A stretch of 64,000 nt of DNA from an uncultured Gemmatimonadales bacterium (GCA_963798845.1 CAWCUS010000004.1:288001-352000); one strand, 5' to 3'; counted from the first letter of the stretch, positions 19,796 through 30,024 are shown. A program made the numbers and translations. Notes: generated by a model not told the origin, from the sequence alone.

Positions 19796-21423
19796 ATGGA
19801 TCCGGAAGTGCGGAAGTGCCTCGCTACCATCGGCGGACGCGGTGGGAAGAAGAGCCGGCGCGTGCTCAGCCCTGAGGACGCTCGTCGAATGGTGCGGACG
19901 CGCGAGGCGCGACGCGCCCACAAGCGCTTCCACGGCCGTTGCTTCTGGTCCTACGCCCCGGGTCTCGAGATCGGGCCCGCGGACGTCGATTGGCTCGCGC
20001 GCTCGGCCGCTTCGGGAGGCAGCCGCGGCGCTGGCGACAGGACGGTCGCGGTGGTCCCGCTGGAGAACCTGAGCACGGACCCGGACAACGCCTTCTTCGC
20101 GATCGGCGTACAGGACGAGATCCTCACGCAGCTCGAGAAGATCTCCGACCTCCACGTCATCTCGCGCTCCTCGACAATGCGCTATCCGGCCGGTCCGGCG
20201 CGTGCCGCGATGCGGACCATGGGGCGGGAGCTCGGGGCCCGCTGGATCGTGGAGGGCAGCGTCGCGCGCATCTATCAGGAGGTACGCATCAACCTGCAGC
20301 TCATCGAGAGCGCGACGGACGCGCACGTGTGGGCCGAGGTCTACGACGGCGACCTCACCGTCCAGGGGCTCCTCGCGTTCCAGGCGCAGGTGGCACGAAG
20401 GGTGGCGGCGTCGCTGAAAGCGACGATCCAACCCGAGGAGGCGAGCCGTATCGCGTCGATTCCCACCGACGACGTGAAGCCTACGACGTCTACCTCCGCG
20501 GCATCGACGCCTTCAGCCGTCGGCGCGAGACGGACCTGCGTCGTGCCCTCGAACTTTTCGGAAGCGCGATCGCCATCGACTCCAGCTACGCGCTCGCCTA
20601 CGCCGGTCGGGCGCACACGTATGCCGTCCTCCCCTTCTACGCGGAGGTCTCGCCGCAGGTGAGCGGCCCGCTCGGGGCCGCCGCCGCCGACCGGGCGCTC
20701 GCTCTGGACAGCACGGTCGCGGAAGCCTAAGCCGCCCTCGGCGATCTGCGCTTCCACGTGGCCTACGATTTCGAAGGCGCCGAGGCCGCGCTGCGGCAGG
20801 CGATCCGGCTCAAGCCCTCCCTGGCGCAGGCGTGGGACTGGCTTTCCGAGGCCTTCGGGGCGCGCGGACGCGTCGACCAGGCGCTCGCGGCGGAGCAGAC
20901 GGCGCTCGAGCTGGACCCGGTGGCGACGCGCTTCAACGTCGGATACGGAGACCTCCTGCGAGGGAGCGGGAAAACGGACGAGGCGATCACGCAGCTCGAA
21001 CGCGCGACGCGGCTCGACTCGACCTTCCCGGCCGCGCAGGCAGCGCTGGCCGACGCCTACCTCAATGCCGGGCGTTCCCGTGACGCGGCCGCCGCGTACC
21101 GCCGCTACGCGGAGCTGGTCGGCCCGGAGGTAGGCGTGCTGGAGCGGGTGGCGCTCGCCGCGGGCGATCCCGCCGGACGCACGGAAGTCATCGCAATGCT
21201 GGATGGGATCGCCCGGCCATCGTGGCGCCTCCAGGCCACTTCCATCGCGGCCGCATACATACGGGTCGGGCAGCACGACAAGGCTCTTGCATGGGTCCAA
21301 CGAGCCTATGCGGGGGACGACGTCCGGCTCCCCTTCGTCTTCCACGACGTCACGTTCGCGCCGCTGCGACCCGAGCCCGCCTTCCGAGAGCTCGCCGCCA
21401 GGCTGGGCGTGGCGCTGCCATGA
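19796..21423 (+). pseudogene. Chimeric TolB_N/TPR protein with frameshift (~20476) and in-frame TAA (20728-20730)
   Basis: RTVAVVPLENLSTDPDNAFFAIGVQDEILTQL (TolB_N-like), EAYDVYLRG and TPRs, ending LRPEPAFRELAARLG. Split over three ORF-track entries. Confidence 0.75.
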
Positions 21424-21463
21424 GACGTCGGGCGCCTCGGTCGTCCCCCTACAGCGGCGTGGG

Positions 21464-23233
21464 TCATGTCCCGCATGTGCCGGTCACGACGTTGGCGGGG
21501 GCATCTTCGATAACCGGAGTCGTGCGCCCGGCCGGCACGTGGACCCGAACGTACGCGACCCCGACGTTGCCGGCCGCATCCTCCGCCGCGAGCTGGATCA
21601 CGTAAACGCGTCCGTTGCCGCCCTGGACCCGCTCCGCCCTTACGTCGACCGACCGGCACTGAGGTGCGATCACGATGTCGTTGATCGTCTTCCCATCGGA
21701 GCCATCGTTGTCGACCTCGTCACTGCTCACGCTGACGATCCTGACATCCTCCGGCGCCAGGTCCGGATCCTGGTCGTTCACGGCCGTGACGAGATCCTCG
21801 ATGGATAGCGTCACATACTTGTGATTCGGCGGCCAGAGCATGATCGGCCCGTCGGTCACGATGATCTCCGGTGGCGTCACATTGTCCGAGATGACCTCAA
21901 TGTAGACGTAGACCGGACTCGAGTGGACACCGTTGTCGTCGGCCAGCGAATACTGGAACTGGTCCGTTCCGGTGAAGCCCGCGGCCGGTTCGTAGACGAA
22001 GTGTCCGCTCGTCACGATCGTCGTCACCGTCCCGTGCGTCGGCGCATTGAAATTCGAGACGATGATGGCATCGCCGTCCGGATCCAGGTCGTTCGCCATC
22101 AGCCCGGGCGCATCCACGGTGAGGGTCGCGCCTTCGAGCGTGCCGTAGTGGTCCGTGACACCGATGGGAGCGCGGTTCGGATCCGGAAGCACCTCGATCG
22201 TCACGGTCCCCAGGTCCGAGGTATTGCCGTCGCTGTCGGTCAGCGAATACTGGAACTGATCCGTTCCGGTGAAGCCGGGGTCCGGTACGTAGACGAAGTG
22301 CCCGCTCGTCACGATCGTCGTAATCGTCCCGTTCGTCGGCGCGAGATAATTCGACACGATGAAGGTGCTGCCATCCGGGTCCAGGTCGTTGGCCATGAGG
22401 CCCGGCGCAGCGATGTCCAGCGTGACCCCTTCCGTCGTGGCGAAGGCGTCCTCGATCGCGATCGGCGCCGAGCCGCCCGTCGCCAGCACATCGATGTGGA
22501 CCGTGACCGGACTCGAGAGGACGCCATTGTCGTCGGCCAGCGAATACTGGAACTGGTCCGTTCCCGTGAAGCCCGCGGCCGGTTCGTAGACGAAGTGTCC
22601 GCTCGTCACGATCGTCGTCACCGTCCCGTGCGTCGGCGCGAGGAAATTCGAGACGATGATGGCGTCGCCGTCAACATCCAGGTCGTTCGCCATCAGCCCG
22701 GGCGCATCCACGGTGAGGGTCGCGCCTTCGAGCGTGCCGTAGTGGTCCGTGACACCAATGGGAGCGCGGTTAGGATCCGGCAGCACCTGGATCGTCACGG
22801 TCGCCGGGTCCGAGGTATTGCCGTCGCTGTCGGTCAGCGAATACTGGAACTGATCCGTTCCGGTGAAGCCCGGGTCCGGTACGTAGACGAAGTGCCCGCT
22901 CGTCACGATCGTCGTCACCGTCCCGTTCGTCGGCGCGAGATAATTCGACACGATGAAGGTGCTGCCATCCGGGTCCAGGTCGTTGGCCATGAGGCCCGGC
23001 GCATCAATGTCGAGCGTGACCCCTTCCGCCGTGGCGTAGACGTCCTCGATCGCGATCGGCGCACCGGCCACCGCGGCGAGAGGCACGAGCAGCAGCCGGG
23101 TTTCCTGTGGCGCGTCCGCCGACTCCCGATCCGGGGGAGCCAGAGGCTGGTCACATGCCAGGATTCCCAGGACGATGGTCGCAAGGGGAGGGAAGACGCG
23201 GATCGGCCGGGATGCGGGACGTTTGTGGGACAT
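21464..23233 (-). CDS. Lipoprotein with four cadherin-like/Big_9 Ig repeats and a LWPPNHK C-terminal domain
   Basis: Lipobox ILAC; PGLMANDLDxDG and FTGTDQFQYSL repeated four times; LWPPNHK...RAER...GNGRVY. Confidence 0.85.
   Translation of the reverse strand: MSHKRPASRPIRVFPPLATIVLGILACDQPLAPPDRESADAPQETRLLLVPLAAVAGAPIAIEDVYATAEGVTLDIDAPGLMANDLDPDGSTFIVSNYLAPTNGTVTTIVTSGHFVYVPDPGFTGTDQFQYSLTDSDGNTSDPATVTIQVLPDPNRAPIGVTDHYGTLEGATLTVDAPGLMANDLDVDGDAIIVSNFLAPTHGTVTTIVTSGHFVYEPAAGFTGTDQFQYSLADDNGVLSSPVTVHIDVLATGGSAPIAIEDAFATTEGVTLDIAAPGLMANDLDPDGSTFIVSNYLAPTNGTITTIVTSGHFVYVPDPGFTGTDQFQYSLTDSDGNTSDLGTVTIEVLPDPNRAPIGVTDHYGTLEGATLTVDAPGLMANDLDPDGDAIIVSNFNAPTHGTVTTIVTSGHFVYEPAAGFTGTDQFQYSLADDNGVHSSPVYVYIEVISDNVTPPEIIVTDGPIMLWPPNHKYVTLSIEDLVTAVNDQDPDLAPEDVRIVSVSSDEVDNDGSDGKTINDIVIAPQCRSVDVRAERVQGGNGRVYVIQLAAEDAAGNVGVAYVRVHVPAGRTTPVIEDAPANVVTGTCGT
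21900..23065. repeat. Intragenic tandem repeat, 297-bp unit x4 in ABAB order
   Basis: Anchor ccgttcc(g/c)gtgaagcc at 21964, 22261, 22558 and 22855. Units 594 bp apart are near identical. Boundaries approximate. Confidence 0.9.
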
Positions 23234-24086
23234 GACCTCACCTGGATGTTGAGAGTGCAGCGGGACCACAATCATCAATTGCCGCGGTCGGCGAAGCACG
23301 GCCTCGGCAGTCGTGCCGATCCCGTGATTGCCGGTGCCTGTCGAGGAATGCACGGTGGAAGCGCCGCTTTCCACACCAGGTCGCCGTCCCCCGGCGACCA
23401 TACCCTTGCAGCGGCGGCTGCGAGCACGGACGGCGCGGTTTGGGGCCGGTTTCGGCCACCGGAAGCCGCGTCGCTATCCGACTGTCTATCGCGCCCTGCA
23501 CCGAGGCCGGCCAGGGGCGACATCTATGGGGAAGGAACTCCAAAAAAACGCTCGACGAAGCTACCCGGTCCCGTTCATCGATGCAAGAAAGATCTTCGAG
23601 GACCGTGGCTCAGCTCCCATCCGGAACGGCGCCGGGCGCGGCTTCTCGCTCGCCGCTGCCGGGGGCTCAGGGGTCCGAGGGGCCGACGCGGGCGTCGGGT
23701 CGAAGTCGTCGCAGGGCAGGGGATCGGCTGGTACGCCTTCCGCAAGAAGCTGGAGACGATCCGACCGTCGTGGCTGCGCTCGGCCCACGCCAGCGCGGAC
23801 CACATCGCGGCCGGATCGCGAACTGCCCGCCGCAGCAGCAGCCATTCTCCTTGAGTCCGCCGGCGCTTCTGCGTAGGCATTGAACTCCTACCCCATCAGG
23901 CGAGGAGATCTGCATCAACCGTCGTACCGCAGCCCGTCTCCTGGCCGCCGCCCGTGAAGAGGCGGCGAACACGCGCCTCACCACCGACGCGCTGACGGGA
24001 GAGGGACACCGTGAAGGCGACCGCGGAGGGCGCGTGGGCGCTGTCCTCCGCCGGGTCGCCACGAAGAGGAGGAAAGGAGGACTGTC

Positions 24087-24692
24087 ATGGCGCAGGAATG
24101 GACACTCGACGGGATGTATACGGAGGCGTGCACCTGCGAGGCGGTGTGCCCGTGCATCGTGCTGAGCGAACCGACGGAGGGAGACTGCACGGCCATCGTC
24201 GCCTGGCACATCGACCAGGGCCGCTACGGCGACACGTCGCTCGACGGCCTCAACGCGGCGGTCGGGGTGTACACGCCGGGCAACATGAAGGAGAAGGACT
24301 GGCGTGCCGCGCTGTACATCGATGATCGGGCCACGGCGGAGCAGCAGGAGGCGCTCACGACCATCTTCGGCGGCCAGGCGGGAGGACACCCGGCCAGGAT
24401 CGCGTCGCACATCGCGGAGGTGGCGGGGGTCCACGTGGTGCCGATCGCCTTCGAGAGCGACGGCCGGCGAGGACGGCTGCGCGTGGGGGATGTCGGAGAG
24501 TCCGAGTGGGAGCCGATCGAGGGCCAGGGCGGCGGCCTGGTCACCGTCGAGGGGAACCCGCTCGCGATCTCCCCGGCCCAAACGGCGGTCATCGGGCGGG
24601 CGAGCACCGCGCGCTTCCACGATCACGGCATCGCGTTCCAGAGCTCTGGCCGCCAGGCGATGGTGGCGCCCTTCCGTTACGCGGGGCCGTGA
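24087..24692 (+). CDS. DUF1326 domain protein
   Basis: EACTCEAVCPC, WHIDQGRYG and YIDDRATAEQQEALTTIFGGQAGG; GGAGG RBS. Confidence 0.85.
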   Translation: MAQEWTLDGMYTEACTCEAVCPCIVLSEPTEGDCTAIVAWHIDQGRYGDTSLDGLNAAVGVYTPGNMKEKDWRAALYIDDRATAEQQEALTTIFGGQAGGHPARIASHIAEVAGVHVVPIAFESDGRRGRLRVGDVGESEWEPIEGQGGGLVTVEGNPLAISPAQTAVIGRASTARFHDHGIAFQSSGRQAMVAPFRYAGP

Positions 24693-25453
24693 CTCGGGTG
24701 GGGCGCGGCGGCCCCGCCCGCGCGCTCGCGGGGCTCGGCCGGGATCGGCTGATTCTGCTCGCCGGCGTGGGCGGGGCCACGGCGCTCTGTTGGCTGTACA
24801 CAGTCGATGCTGCGACGAGGCCGCACTCCGGGGGCCACGCCACCGGCCACCCGGCGCTCGCCCTCGGCATGTGGGCGATCATGATGGCCGGGATGATGCT
24901 GCCCGCGGCGTCGCCCATGATCGTGACCTACGCGGCGGTCAGCCGACGTGAGGCGAAGGGACACCTGGCCCGGACCGCCCTCTTCGTCTTCTCCTACCTG
25001 GTGGTCTGGTCCGGCGTGAGCGCTGCCGGCGCCACGGCGCAGTGGGGCCTCGCCTCCGCCTCACTCCTCTCCTCCGCCGGCGCCAGCGCGAGCCCCCTGC
25101 TCTCGGGCTGCGTGCTGATCGGCGCGGCCGTCTACCAGCTGAGCCCGCTCAAGCACGCCTGCCTGCACCGCTGCCGCACTCCCCTCGGCTTTCTGCTCAC
25201 CGAATGGAGACCGGGCCCCGCCGGCGCCCTTCGGCTGGGCGCCCTCCACGGCGCCGAGTGCGTCCTCTGCTGCTGGGCGCTCATGGCCCTCATGCTCGTG
25301 GTCGGGGTGATGGACCTCCGCTGGATGGGCGCCCTGACGGCGTTCATGCTCGCCGAGAAGGCCCTGCCGGGCGGTCACCGGATCGCCCGCGTCTCCGCCA
25401 TCGGTCTTCTGGCATGGGGGACGTGGTGCCTGGCTCAGAGCGCCATGACCTGA
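24689..25453 (+). CDS. DUF2182 predicted metal-binding membrane protein
   Basis: MWAIMMAGMMLP, YQLSPLKHACLHRCR, CVLCCWALM and EK motifs; GTGA overlap with the DUF1326 stop. Confidence 0.85.
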   Translation: MTRVGRGGPARALAGLGRDRLILLAGVGGATALCWLYTVDAATRPHSGGHATGHPALALGMWAIMMAGMMLPAASPMIVTYAAVSRREAKGHLARTALFVFSYLVVWSGVSAAGATAQWGLASASLLSSAGASASPLLSGCVLIGAAVYQLSPLKHACLHRCRTPLGFLLTEWRPGPAGALRLGALHGAECVLCCWALMALMLVVGVMDLRWMGALTAFMLAEKALPGGHRIARVSAIGLLAWGTWCLAQSAMT

Positions 25454-25586
25454 GGGGCCGCACGCGCTCGGTACGGGCCCACGTGGGCGGCACGGGCCGC
25501 GCGGAGCGGCCCGCCGGACGCTCAGGGCTCCGCGGACCGCGTCCTGAAGGCCAGCCGAGTCAACCTCGCCCGGATCTTCGCACACC

Positions 25587-25642
25587 TTGACAGCCGACAA
25601 CAACGAGCCCATCCTGGGTCTCGTTGTTGTCGAACATCTAGG
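25587..25642 (+). promoter_or_regulatory. sigma70-like promoter overlapped by a 13-bp perfect inverted repeat (candidate PadR operator)
   Basis: TTGACA (25587-92), 17 bp, CATCCT. CGACAACAACGAG (25595-607) pairs with CTCGTTGTTGTCG (25620-32). Confidence 0.6.
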
Positions 25643-25657
25643 TACAGGCGGGACCCC

Positions 25658-25990
25658 ATGACCCCACGACAGACCGACGTGCTCCAGGGCTCGCTCGACC
25701 TGCTGATCCTGAAGACGCTCACCGCCGCGCCGCTGCACGGGTGGGGGATCAGCAAGAAGATCAGGGAGACCTCCGACGGCGTGCTTCAGGTGAACCAGGG
25801 CTCGCTCTACCCGGCGCTCTACCGGCTGGAGGACCGCGGCTGGATCCAGGCGGAATGGGGGGTGAGCCCGGAGGGGCGGCGGGCGAAGTTCTACACGCTG
25901 ACCGCGGCCGGCCGTGCGCAGCTGACCGAGGAGCGCGAGCGCTGGCGCCTGTTTTCCGGCGCGGTGGAAGCCGTGCTGGCGACGCCGTGA
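25658..25990 (+). CDS. PadR family transcriptional regulator (acidobacterial type)
   Basis: LQGSLDLLILKTL, LHGWGI, VNQGSLYPALYRLE, RRAKFYTLTAAGR. Confidence 0.92.
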   Translation: MTPRQTDVLQGSLDLLILKTLTAAPLHGWGISKKIRETSDGVLQVNQGSLYPALYRLEDRGWIQAEWGVSPEGRRAKFYTLTAAGRAQLTEERERWRLFSGAVEAVLATP

Positions 25991-26012
25991 TGCACGGCCC
26001 GGAGACCCGACC

Positions 26013-28676
26013 ATGACCAGACTTCGCCGGTTCTTCGCGCTCCTCGTCGGCCGTTCGCGGTTCGAGCGGGAGATGACCGCCGAGATGACGCAGCACATCG
26101 AGCTCGAGATCGAGGACCGGATCCGGTCGGGAATGACGCCGGCGGAGGCGCGGCGGACGGCGCTGCGGGATTTCGGCGGCGTGGAGCGGTGGAAGGAGGA
26201 GGCGCGTGGGGCGCGCGGGCTGGGGAGCCTGGACGCGCTGCGCCAGGATCTGCGCTACGCATGGCGGGCGCTCCGCGGGGCGCCGTCGTTCGCGCTGGTG
26301 GCGGTGCTCACGCTGGCGCTGGGGATCGGGGCGACCACGGCGGTCTTCAGCGTGCTCGACACGCTGGTGCTTCGTCCGCTCGCCTACCCGGAGTCGGACC
26401 GGATCGTCCGGCTGCTGGGAACGGCGCAGGGGGAGGTCGGGTTCGGCACCATCTCGTACCCGGATTATCTGGACTGGGTGGAGCGTTCGTCGGTGTTCGA
26501 GTCGGCCGCGGCGTACGATGAGTACGCGCCGACGCTGGCGCTGGAGGATCGTCCGCTGAAGGTGGACGCCGCGTCCGTGACGGCGTCCTACTTCGATGTT
26601 CTGGGGGCGCGGCCGGCGGCGGGCCGGCTGTTCCGCCCGGAGGACGACGAGCCGGGCTCGGCCCGCGTGGTGCTCTCCTGGGGTCTGTGGCAGGAGGCGT
26701 ACGGCGGCGACGCGGCGGTGGTCGGCGCGACCATCCGGCTGAACGGGTTCCCATACACGGTCGTGGGGGTGGCCGCGCCCATGGAGGACCCGGGGCTCTC
26801 CGGCGGCAGCATGGGGGCGCCGCGTCTCTGGCGCTCGACGCCGAGCTACTTCGCCACGAGCGGGCGGGGCGGTCACTCCTTCACGGCCATCGCCCGGCTC
26901 GGACCGGGGGTGACCCTGTCGGAGGCGCGGCAGGCGCTGTCGGGCATCCAGGCCGCGCTGGAGGTCGAGTATCCGGTGGACGACGCCGGCCGGGGCGTAC
27001 GCCTGGTCCCGCTGAAGGAGCACCTGGTGGGCGATGTCCGACCGGTGCTGTGGATGCTCATGGGCGCGGTCGCGCTCGTGCTGCTGATCGCGTGCGCGAA
27101 CGTGGCGAATCTGCTGCTGTTCCGCTCCACCGCCCGCGCCCGGGAGATCTCGCTCCGCTCGGCGCTGGGGGCGTCCCGGGGCCGGGTGGTCCGCCAGCTC
27201 CTGGCGGAGAGCCTGCTCCTCGCCGCCGCGGGTGGCGCGGGCGGCGTGCTCGTGGCGGTGGTCGCGCGCCGGGGCCTGGTCGCGCTCGGCGCCGGTCAGA
27301 TCCCGCGCCTCGGCGAGGTCTCGCTGGATCCGGCGGTGCTGGGGTTCGCCGCGCTGGCGGCGCTGGGCTCGGCGGTCCTCTTCGGGCTGGTCCCGGCGCT
27401 CCACGCCACGCGGCGCGACCTCCGGCAGGCGCTGGCCGAAGGTGGCCGCGGGTCCTCGGATGGCCGGCGGCGCGGCCGGCTCCGGGCGGGGATCGTTGCG
27501 TCGCAGGTGGGGCTCGCCGTCGTCGTCATGCTCGGCGCCGGGCTCCTGGGCCGCTCGCTGCTGAGACTCAGGGCGGTGGACCCCGGGCTGGCCACGTCCG
27601 ACGCGCTGGTGCTGCGCATCGACCCGCCGTTCGACCCGTACGACCCCGGTGACCCTGCCGGCGAGGCCGCGCTGCTGTCCCTGTACTCGCGGCTGGAAAC
27701 GCGGATCGCGGCGTTGCCGGGCGTCAGGGCCGTCACGCTCACCGACCTGCTGCCCATGTCCGGCAACTTCAACGGGAACGCCTTCCGGATCGTCGGCCGG
27801 CCCGAGCCGGAGCCGGGCGAGGTGCCGACCGCCGAGTCCCGCGCCGTCGCGACGGGGTTCTTCCGCGCCCTGGAGGTCCCCGTCCTCGAGGGCCGCCCCT
27901 TCGAGCCCGCCGACGAGGCCGACGAGGCCGGGAACGTGGTGGTGGTGAGCCGGACCTTCGCCCGGCGCTGGTTCCCCGGCGGGGACGCCGTCGGCTCCGC
28001 CATACGGATCTTCGACCGGGACGCGCCCCCGTCGCGGATCGTGGGCGTGGTGGGCGACGTGACGCAGTTCACGCTCGACGCGGATCCCGAGCCGGTCGTC
28101 TACGTCCCGTTCGCGCAGGCACCCGACTACATGCAGGGGGAGCCCTGGGTGATCGTCCGGACCTCGGGAGATCCCGGCATTCTGGCCGCCCCGATCCGCG
28201 CCGCCATCGCGGAGGTCGAGCCCCGGGCGCCCGTCTTCTCCGTGCGCCCGCTGAGCGCCGTGGTGGCCGGGACCATGGCCGCGCCACGCTTCCGCACGCT
28301 GCTGCTGCTCGCCTTCGCGGCGGTGGCGTTCCTGCTCGCGGCCGTGGGCGTATACGGCATGGTGGGGTACTCGGTCGCGCGGCGGCTGCCGGAGCTGGGC
28401 GTGCGCATCGCGCTGGGGGCCGACTCGGGGCGGATCCGGAGGCTCGTGGTGGGACAGGGGCTGCGGCCGGTGCTGCTCGGTACGGGCGCGGGGCTGCTGG
28501 TCGGCGCGGCCGCGGTGCGCGTGCTGGCCCGATACCTCTACGGCGTTCCGGCCACCGACCCCATCACCTTCATTGGCACGCCGCTGGCCCTCGGGCTGGT
28601 CGCCGCGCTCGCGGCCTGGCTGCCGGCCCGCCGCGCGGCGCGGACACCCCCGTCCCGCGTGCTGCGGGCGGAGTAG
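26013..28676 (+). CDS. ADOP duplicated ABC permease with permease prefix domain
   Basis: EMTQHIELEIEDRIRSGMTPAEARRTALRDFGG prefix; QDLRYAWR; LLIACANVANLLL; PARRAAR. Confidence 0.92.
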   Translation: MTRLRRFFALLVGRSRFEREMTAEMTQHIELEIEDRIRSGMTPAEARRTALRDFGGVERWKEEARGARGLGSLDALRQDLRYAWRALRGAPSFALVAVLTLALGIGATTAVFSVLDTLVLRPLAYPESDRIVRLLGTAQGEVGFGTISYPDYLDWVERSSVFESAAAYDEYAPTLALEDRPLKVDAASVTASYFDVLGARPAAGRLFRPEDDEPGSARVVLSWGLWQEAYGGDAAVVGATIRLNGFPYTVVGVAAPMEDPGLSGGSMGAPRLWRSTPSYFATSGRGGHSFTAIARLGPGVTLSEARQALSGIQAALEVEYPVDDAGRGVRLVPLKEHLVGDVRPVLWMLMGAVALVLLIACANVANLLLFRSTARAREISLRSALGASRGRVVRQLLAESLLLAAAGGAGGVLVAVVARRGLVALGAGQIPRLGEVSLDPAVLGFAALAALGSAVLFGLVPALHATRRDLRQALAEGGRGSSDGRRRGRLRAGIVASQVGLAVVVMLGAGLLGRSLLRLRAVDPGLATSDALVLRIDPPFDPYDPGDPAGEAALLSLYSRLETRIAALPGVRAVTLTDLLPMSGNFNGNAFRIVGRPEPEPGEVPTAESRAVATGFFRALEVPVLEGRPFEPADEADEAGNVVVVSRTFARRWFPGGDAVGSAIRIFDRDAPPSRIVGVVGDVTQFTLDADPEPVVYVPFAQAPDYMQGEPWVIVRTSGDPGILAAPIRAAIAEVEPRAPVFSVRPLSAVVAGTMAAPRFRTLLLLAFAAVAFLLAAVGVYGMVGYSVARRLPELGVRIALGADSGRIRRLVVGQGLRPVLLGTGAGLLVGAAAVRVLARYLYGVPATDPITFIGTPLALGLVAALAAWLPARRAARTPPSRVLRAE

Positions 28677-28779
28677 CCTACTGCCGGCTCCGGAGCGGAG
28701 CGGGATCACACCCTGGCCGACTCGGACATCGTCGCGGTGGAGGCGCCTCCGCGCTGACCACGCCCGCGCGGCAGCCGGC

Positions 28780-29490
28780 CTACGGGTGCGGCACGGGGGC
28801 TTCTGGGGCGGTGGTGTCGGCGCGCGGCCCGGTCGCGCTGGCGGCCTCGTCGAGGATCCTGAGCACCTCGTCGTAGGCGGCGAGGAGCTCCGCCTCGGAG
28901 CGGCTGAGCTCGCCCAGGTAGACGGTCACCTCGCGGATGGCGCCGTGCATGTTTTCGGACGTGACCCACCCGCCGCGGGCGAGCTGGGGCATCCCCGTGC
29001 GGCTGAACTCCTCGAGCCGGGCCTGGAGCGAGTAGGTGAGGGAGAGGGCGTTCACCAGGTCGAAGTCAATGTGGGGGAGGGCGCCCGTGGTCAGGGCCGT
29101 CTCCCAGACCGTGGAGGTGAGGAAGGCCGGCCGGAGCGCCTCCAGGCCGACCGTCGCCTGGAACTCGTCGGACGAAGCCAGCTCGCCGCTGTCGGCCATG
29201 CGGGCGATCACGTCCCGCAGCCCCCGCCGATACGGCCCCACGTCTTCGAGCCGTGCCCGGTTCTGCCGGATCTCCCGCTGGAACGCCGCCAGCGCCTGCG
29301 TGGCCAGCTCCACGTCCTCGCGGGTCCGCTCCCATTCGTTGACCGCGAGGGCGAGGAGGATGGAGAAGACGATGAGGGCGGACTCCACGATGATCCGGGG
29401 CAGCCAGTCCCCGGAGAAGGTGCGGGCGATCTTCTCGCGCAGGGACGAGCCGCGGCGCCAGGGCCCGGGCTGTCCCTCGTCGGTCTGCAC
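28780..29490 (-). CDS. Membrane-anchored hypothetical protein (DUF6090-like)
   Basis: ESALIVFSILLALAVNEW TM segment followed by a helical region (EIRQNRARL) and WETALTTG. Confidence 0.6.
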   Translation of the reverse strand: MQTDEGQPGPWRRGSSLREKIARTFSGDWLPRIIVESALIVFSILLALAVNEWERTREDVELATQALAAFQREIRQNRARLEDVGPYRRGLRDVIARMADSGELASSDEFQATVGLEALRPAFLTSTVWETALTTGALPHIDFDLVNALSLTYSLQARLEEFSRTGMPQLARGGWVTSENMHGAIREVTVYLGELSRSEAELLAAYDEVLRILDEAASATGPRADTTAPEAPVPHP

Positions 29491-29496
29491 GCCGCC

Positions 29497-30015
29497 CTAC
29501 TGGAGCGGGTACCCGGCTTCGCCCGGCAGCCGGCCGTTGATGCGGAGCACGCGGGCGCCCGGGCCCACGGCGCTGGCGGGGAGGAACGCGATGGCGCCCG
29601 GGACGGCGGCCACCAGCTCGCCGGCCATGTCGCTGCTGTAGACGATCTTCGGGCCCGCGGGCACCTCCGCCCGGAACATCTTCCCGACCCAGTACTTCCT
29701 GAACTCGTCCTCGCTCATCCGGTAGATCACGTTCAGGACCACGTCCCGCTCGTAGGCCCGGGGGGCGCGGACCAGCAGCGTGATGCGCAGCCCGTCCGGC
29801 CAGAACTGCTGGTCGGCCATGAAGATGCGGCGCAGCTGGTCGAGGGTGAGCTCCCGGATCGGCGTATCCGGGTTCACGACGATGGCCACCCCCTCCTCCC
29901 TCGGCTCGGCGGTAGCGCCAGGCTGCTGCGCGGCGAGGGGGTGGGGCGGCGAGACTGCCAGCACGAGCAGGAGGGCGGCGGCCACCCGGACGCTGTGTGC
30001 GACGGCTGACGGCAT
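29497..30015 (-). CDS. Small PstS-like periplasmic binding-fold protein
   Basis: Signal peptide; VAIVVNPDTPIRELTLDQLRRIF...FWPDG; VAAVPGAIAF. Confidence 0.75.
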   Translation of the reverse strand: MPSAVAHSVRVAAALLLVLAVSPPHPLAAQQPGATAEPREEGVAIVVNPDTPIRELTLDQLRRIFMADQQFWPDGLRITLLVRAPRAYERDVVLNVIYRMSEDEFRKYWVGKMFRAEVPAGPKIVYSSDMAGELVAAVPGAIAFLPASAVGPGARVLRINGRLPGEAGYPLQ

Positions 30016-30024
30016 GGCGGGCTC

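Noticed and set aside
20728..20730. In-frame stop as recoding (Sec/Pyl)
   Set aside because: The codon is TAA, in a TPR helix of a gene that also has a frameshift.
21900..23065. Repeats as a CRISPR array or DGR template/variable pair
   Set aside because: They are in-frame 297-bp coding repeats with no spacers, and there is no cas or reverse transcriptase gene in the window.
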